The position numbers and the translations under genes were made by a program. A DNA stretch of 64,000 bases. Origin: Malacoraja senta. Taxonomy: Eukaryota. The notes under the pieces are model-generated. The model searched no databases, was not told where the DNA came from, and saw only the letters and a program-made list of their open reading frames with translations. Where the stretch lies: contig JAXLNO010002298.1 of NCBI GenBank assembly GCA_038087875.1, forward strand, positions 1 through 64,000. The letters are read 5' to 3'. Within the stretch, counting starts at the first letter, position 1; each line of letters begins with the position of its first letter. This document shows positions 60,101 through 64,000 of this stretch, piece by piece.

Positions 60101-60462
60101 ATGGCAGGATGCCACACAGAGTCTCCTGTGAATGACACATGATACAGGATCCTCAATATACTCTCATTGGACCTTCATTTGGTTTATTTTTTTCTATGAT
60201 GGACCCATTTCCAGCGGGTGAATCAATTCCACATCATCGCCCTTAAATATGAAAAGGAAAATGCTTCAATGCCATACGCTGCCTGATGCACTTTCATGAT
60301 TGATTTTGTGTTGAGTAAAACACAAATAAATATCTGGAATTCTGGAGCAAAATCAATTCTTTAAAAGAAGGGAATATTTGGAGAAATTTGCACACAAATT
60401 GCCGTTTGCATTCAAAGTGGGTGTTCTACTACAATGAATCAAACAAGTTGGCAGTCTCCTAC

Positions 60463-60803
60463 CTGTAACTGTGATTAGTTCAATGGTCACATATATATAT
60501 TTGATCCCGTGGAACATGTGTAAACTCCGGCATCTGCAAACTGCACACGGACAATCTTCACATGGAAATTCTTGCCATTCACATTTCCCTCTGTAGTTTC
60601 CAGTCGATTCCCAAAGTAGCTCCTGTCGACATGTATCGGCTCAGACCTGTGAGAAGAAGCTATTTCCTTCTCTTGATTCTGGAAACGTGGTGATCTCCAA
60701 GTCCATTTGGTTTCACTGAGCTCAGGAGAAGCTTCACAAATCAGGTCGAGTTCACTGTGATCTGTGACTGAGCGATAAACTGTGTACGTCCTGTTATGTA
60801 AAT
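60463..60803 (-). pseudogene. Ig exon V3, right copy, +2 frameshift near its 3' end
   Basis: 341 nt versus 339; (AT)5 versus (AT)4 at 60491-60500 gives SNIYM*. Confidence 0.85.
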
Positions 60804-61489
60804 CTGCAAGAGAGGGACAGGGAACAAAGAATTAGATTTCCTCACACGCCGAGATACAATGTTGTGAGTTTCCACAGGGACAAACCCTCGGCTCTGGGAT
60901 GTCAGCTGGGAGGGCCGCACTGGAACAGGGAAGTCGGCTGGGAGTTGGACTACGCCGGCTGCTGGTCCAAGTGCCCTTTGTTCAACAAATTCCATCTTCC
61001 CCAGACACACACACACCCAGCAAAGTGATGCTGTTGGACTTGAGATAAGGTCTGCCACAATAGCTCAATACTCAATGATCACTCATGTAGCACCTCCATT
61101 TTACTGGGGCTGTCAAGTGTTATTGGGCAGTTAATTCTTCAGAGTAATTAATTGACCAGTGGAATTGAACATGCCTCAGCCAATCTTGCACCAGTAGTTT
61201 TAGTTAGTTCATATTTCTCAGCTCCGTTCCAGATGGATACCATTTACTTCTCACCATTGATGTATTTTATCCCCTTTGATTCATGAAATGAATCCCTTGG
61301 TTCTCCTGTGTTGCTCCATCAATCTTAGTGCCACCATTTTATATTTACACCATGTCCCAGGGTAAAGGCAATGTCCACATCCTGCAGTGTGGAAGCCCAC
61401 GGGTGGAGTCAGTGCTCACTATACAACATGTGGAACAGTTTGATATCAAGAACTATTTGATACCTGCTGCAAGGCAGCTTTGGACTCAC

Positions 61490-61762
61490 CCTGAACCACT
61501 TCAACATTGGTGTCTCCAGTGAGAACAATGGAGCCATTTTCCTGCACTCCCCATGTGTACAGATTGGGATTTCCTGCTCCAATGTGTTGGACCATGAGAT
61601 AGACGGCGTTATTCAGACGGATCTGATCAGCGTTGTTCCTCCTGTTCTGCTGAGATGAGCCTCTTGGTTTCCAGTGAAGACTGATGGTATCTGGGAGTCT
61701 GGAGATGGTACAGCTGAGGGTGATGTCACTGCCCATTACTGGCCTCGGTGAGTCGGCCTCAA
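61490..61762 (-). CDS. Ig exon C2c, right copy, intact with canonical acceptor
   Basis: 273 nt, TTTCCACAG| ... CAGG|GTGAGT; LYTWGVQ. Confidence 0.9.
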
Positions 61763-61884
61763 CTGTGGAAACAGACACATGTGGTTCAGTTCACCAGCAG
61801 CTTTCTGAACTACTGTGGGCAGAATTGTCTTTTTCCTGCAGACAGATAGTCGGCTGAATGTTGAGCTGCCGTGCTCAGTGATGT

Positions 61885-62217
61885 CATCAACACTTCCTGG
61901 TAGTGTCCACCTGTCCCCCTCGCCCCCTCGTCTCCCACATCAACACTTCCTGGTAGTGATCACCTGTTCCCCTCGCCCCCTCGTCTCCCACATCAACACT
62001 TCCTGGGAGTGACCACCTGTCCCCCTCGCCCCCTCGTCTCCCACATCAACACTCCTGGTAGTGACCACCTGTCTCCCTCGCCCCCTCGTCTCCCACATCA
62101 ACACTTCCTGGTAGTGACCACCTGTCCCCCTCGCCCCCCTCGTCTCCCACATCAACACTTCCTGGTAGTGACCACCTGTCCCCCTCGCCCCCTCGTCTCC
62201 CACATCAACACTTCCAG
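61885..62217. repeat. 53-bp VNTR, ~6 copies (right arm)
   Basis: Reverse complement of the 26508 unit. Confidence 0.9.
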
Positions 62218-62832
62218 GTAGGGATGTTTTTAGTATAGTAGAAACACAGAACTGCAGATGCTGGTTAATATATAAAAGGACATCAAGTGCAGGAGTAATT
62301 CAGCAGGTCAGGTAATATGAATATCACTGCCCATTAATTGGTACACGTGACAATAAAAGACCTCTGAATTCTAGAGAACATAGATAGGTGACGTTTCAGG
62401 TTGAGACCCTTCTTCAGACTGATTATATTTCTTGGATGTCTTTAACAGAGATTATATGGGAATGAATAAAATCATGAGATGCATATCTTAGTAAACGCGC
62501 ATGGTCTTTTTTTCCAGGGTTGGGGAATCAAAAACTAGTTAGTCCATGTTTAAGGTGAGAGGGGCAGATTTGATATACCCCTTAATATTAGAGGCAGTTT
62601 TTTGACAAAAAGTGTGGTACATGAACATACTTTATGGAAAGATCGAGAAGAGGAAGTGTTTGATGCAGATACAGTATTTAAAGGGCATTTAAACAGGTAT
62701 ATGGGGGGAAAAGGTTAAAGGGATATGGGCCAAATGAGGGCAAATTGGATGTTTAGATGGGTAGTTGGTCAGTATGGATGAATTGGGCCAAAGGGCCTGT
62801 TTCAGTGCTGTGTGACATTATGGCTCTATTAC

Positions 62833-63165
62833 CTTTGATCCCAAATAGTTCCCACTGTCTCAGGATTTTCCCAGCGGGCTGTGTCTGATTTCAGGTGAAC
62901 AGTCCCGCAAGTTTGAATGTGGGCATCCTGATCCTCAGATTAAGGGTACCCCAGTCCGCATGCATCCTCTGGGAGATGCCTGGTATTTGATTGTACTCAT
63001 CACTCCACTGCTGATCTTCTCTGCGGAAAGTGGCCAATCGCTTTGTGGTTTGTTGCCCTGAGTGTGGCCACCATTCCAAGTCAATGGGGCCATTTCCAGG
63101 ACTGTCTGGTCCTTTCAATACAAAGTTGCCTTCCTGATGGAAAAAGTACATATAATGTCCACTTC
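62833..63165 (-). pseudogene. Ig exon V'b, right copy, with nonsense mutation and 12-nt in-frame deletion
   Basis: TGG changed to TGA at 62891-62893; 333 nt versus 345. Confidence 0.88.
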
Positions 63166-64000
63166 CTGTAGGAAAAGAGAACAAATGTGTAAATGTTGGA
63201 CAATAATTTTACACTGACCTTGTCATTAGCAATATTGCAGAGAATGAATCTTTACTAAGTTGTAGGTTATAATTCATCATCATGGAACAGCATGGAAACA
63301 GGCCCTCTGTGGCAATCTGTCCACGCTGACCAGTGGGTCTCCATGGAGACACAAGAAACTGCAGATTGTGGAATGTTGATCAAACGCAAAGTGTTGGAGA
63401 AACTCAATGGAGATGAACTCAGGCAGCATCTGTGGAGGGAATGGATTGATGACGTTTCATGTCAGGATGCATTCTCAGACTGATGGAATGGGAGAGTGAC
63501 AACTGGGGAAGGGAAGTAGACATGAGACAAAGCATGGTGAGTGATAGGTGGATACAGGTGGGGAATGGTGATGAGTAGATGGATGGAGATAATGACAAAA
63601 TGGAGGCGTGAAATGGGGACAAAAGGTTGTCAGTATAAACATGTGTAATAACAGGATCCATACATAAGAAGAAGTTGTTTGTTATAGTAAACACACAGAG
63701 CTCAAATACTTAGGTGTTGTAAGCTCAAGCTCAGCAACGAATCTAACTAGAGGCTGAACTAACAGACTAGATAATATGATGACTGTTTGAGTACACAGCG
63801 GCATGCAGTAAAACATGACATAGATCAGGTCAACTAATACTGACTGATCTACAGTCAGATCAGTAACAGAGGGAGGGATATGGGTGGAAGTGGAGCAAGA
63901 ACATAAAAGGAAGACTCTGCAATTGGAAGGGGTGGCAAATGAGTTGAAAGAGGAAGGGAAGGGAATACGATAACTGGGTAGTGGGATAAATGCGTGCACA

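Larger units (their letters stand above)
24770..64000. repeat. Giant inverted repeat: left arm ~24770-44790, spacer 44791-45161, right arm 45162 to at least 64000
   Basis: Exons, VNTRs, TEs and unique intron DNA recur in mirror order; the last 40 nt of the window match ~24770-24810 in reverse complement. Confidence 0.95.

Noticed and set aside
58476-60135. Overlapping 322-545 aa Cys/His/Pro-rich ORFs that look like zinc-finger repeats
   Set aside because: Open in several frames on both strands because the 41-bp VNTR lacks stops; lies in an intron and is one fifth the size in the other arm.

Overview
Eukaryotic (vertebrate) genomic DNA. The repeat content (CR1, Rex1/Babar, L1, L2, Penelope-like, V-SINE-type and Helitron families) suggests a cartilaginous fish, probably a skate or ray; this is inferred, not proven. 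Nearly all long ORFs in the supplied track are repeat artefacts. The real coding content is a spliced multi-Ig-domain receptor gene, reconstructed here by hand from splice sites. On the + strand (13.36-32.3 kb) it has a signal-peptide exon, 12 phase-1/phase-1 Ig exons arranged as three V(Cys-free)-C2-V-C2 modules, a transmembrane exon with a central lysine, and probably three short tail exons. The membrane-proximal C2 of each module carries a WxC F-strand, as in CD4/LAG-3. Four of the 12 Ig exons come from a ~5.0-5.4 kb tandem duplication. Within it, three exon copies are broken and one intact copy of each exon survives, except the V exon, where both copies are intact and strongly diverged. 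From about 24.8 kb to the window end the sequence is a giant inverted repeat (arms of at least 19 kb, about 3% divergent in exons, ~370 bp unique spacer at 44791-45161). It carries a second, convergent copy of the 3' half of the gene, whose lesions are reciprocal to those of the left copy. The first 5.1 kb is a purine-rich satellite. All alignments and counts were done by eye and need computational confirmation.
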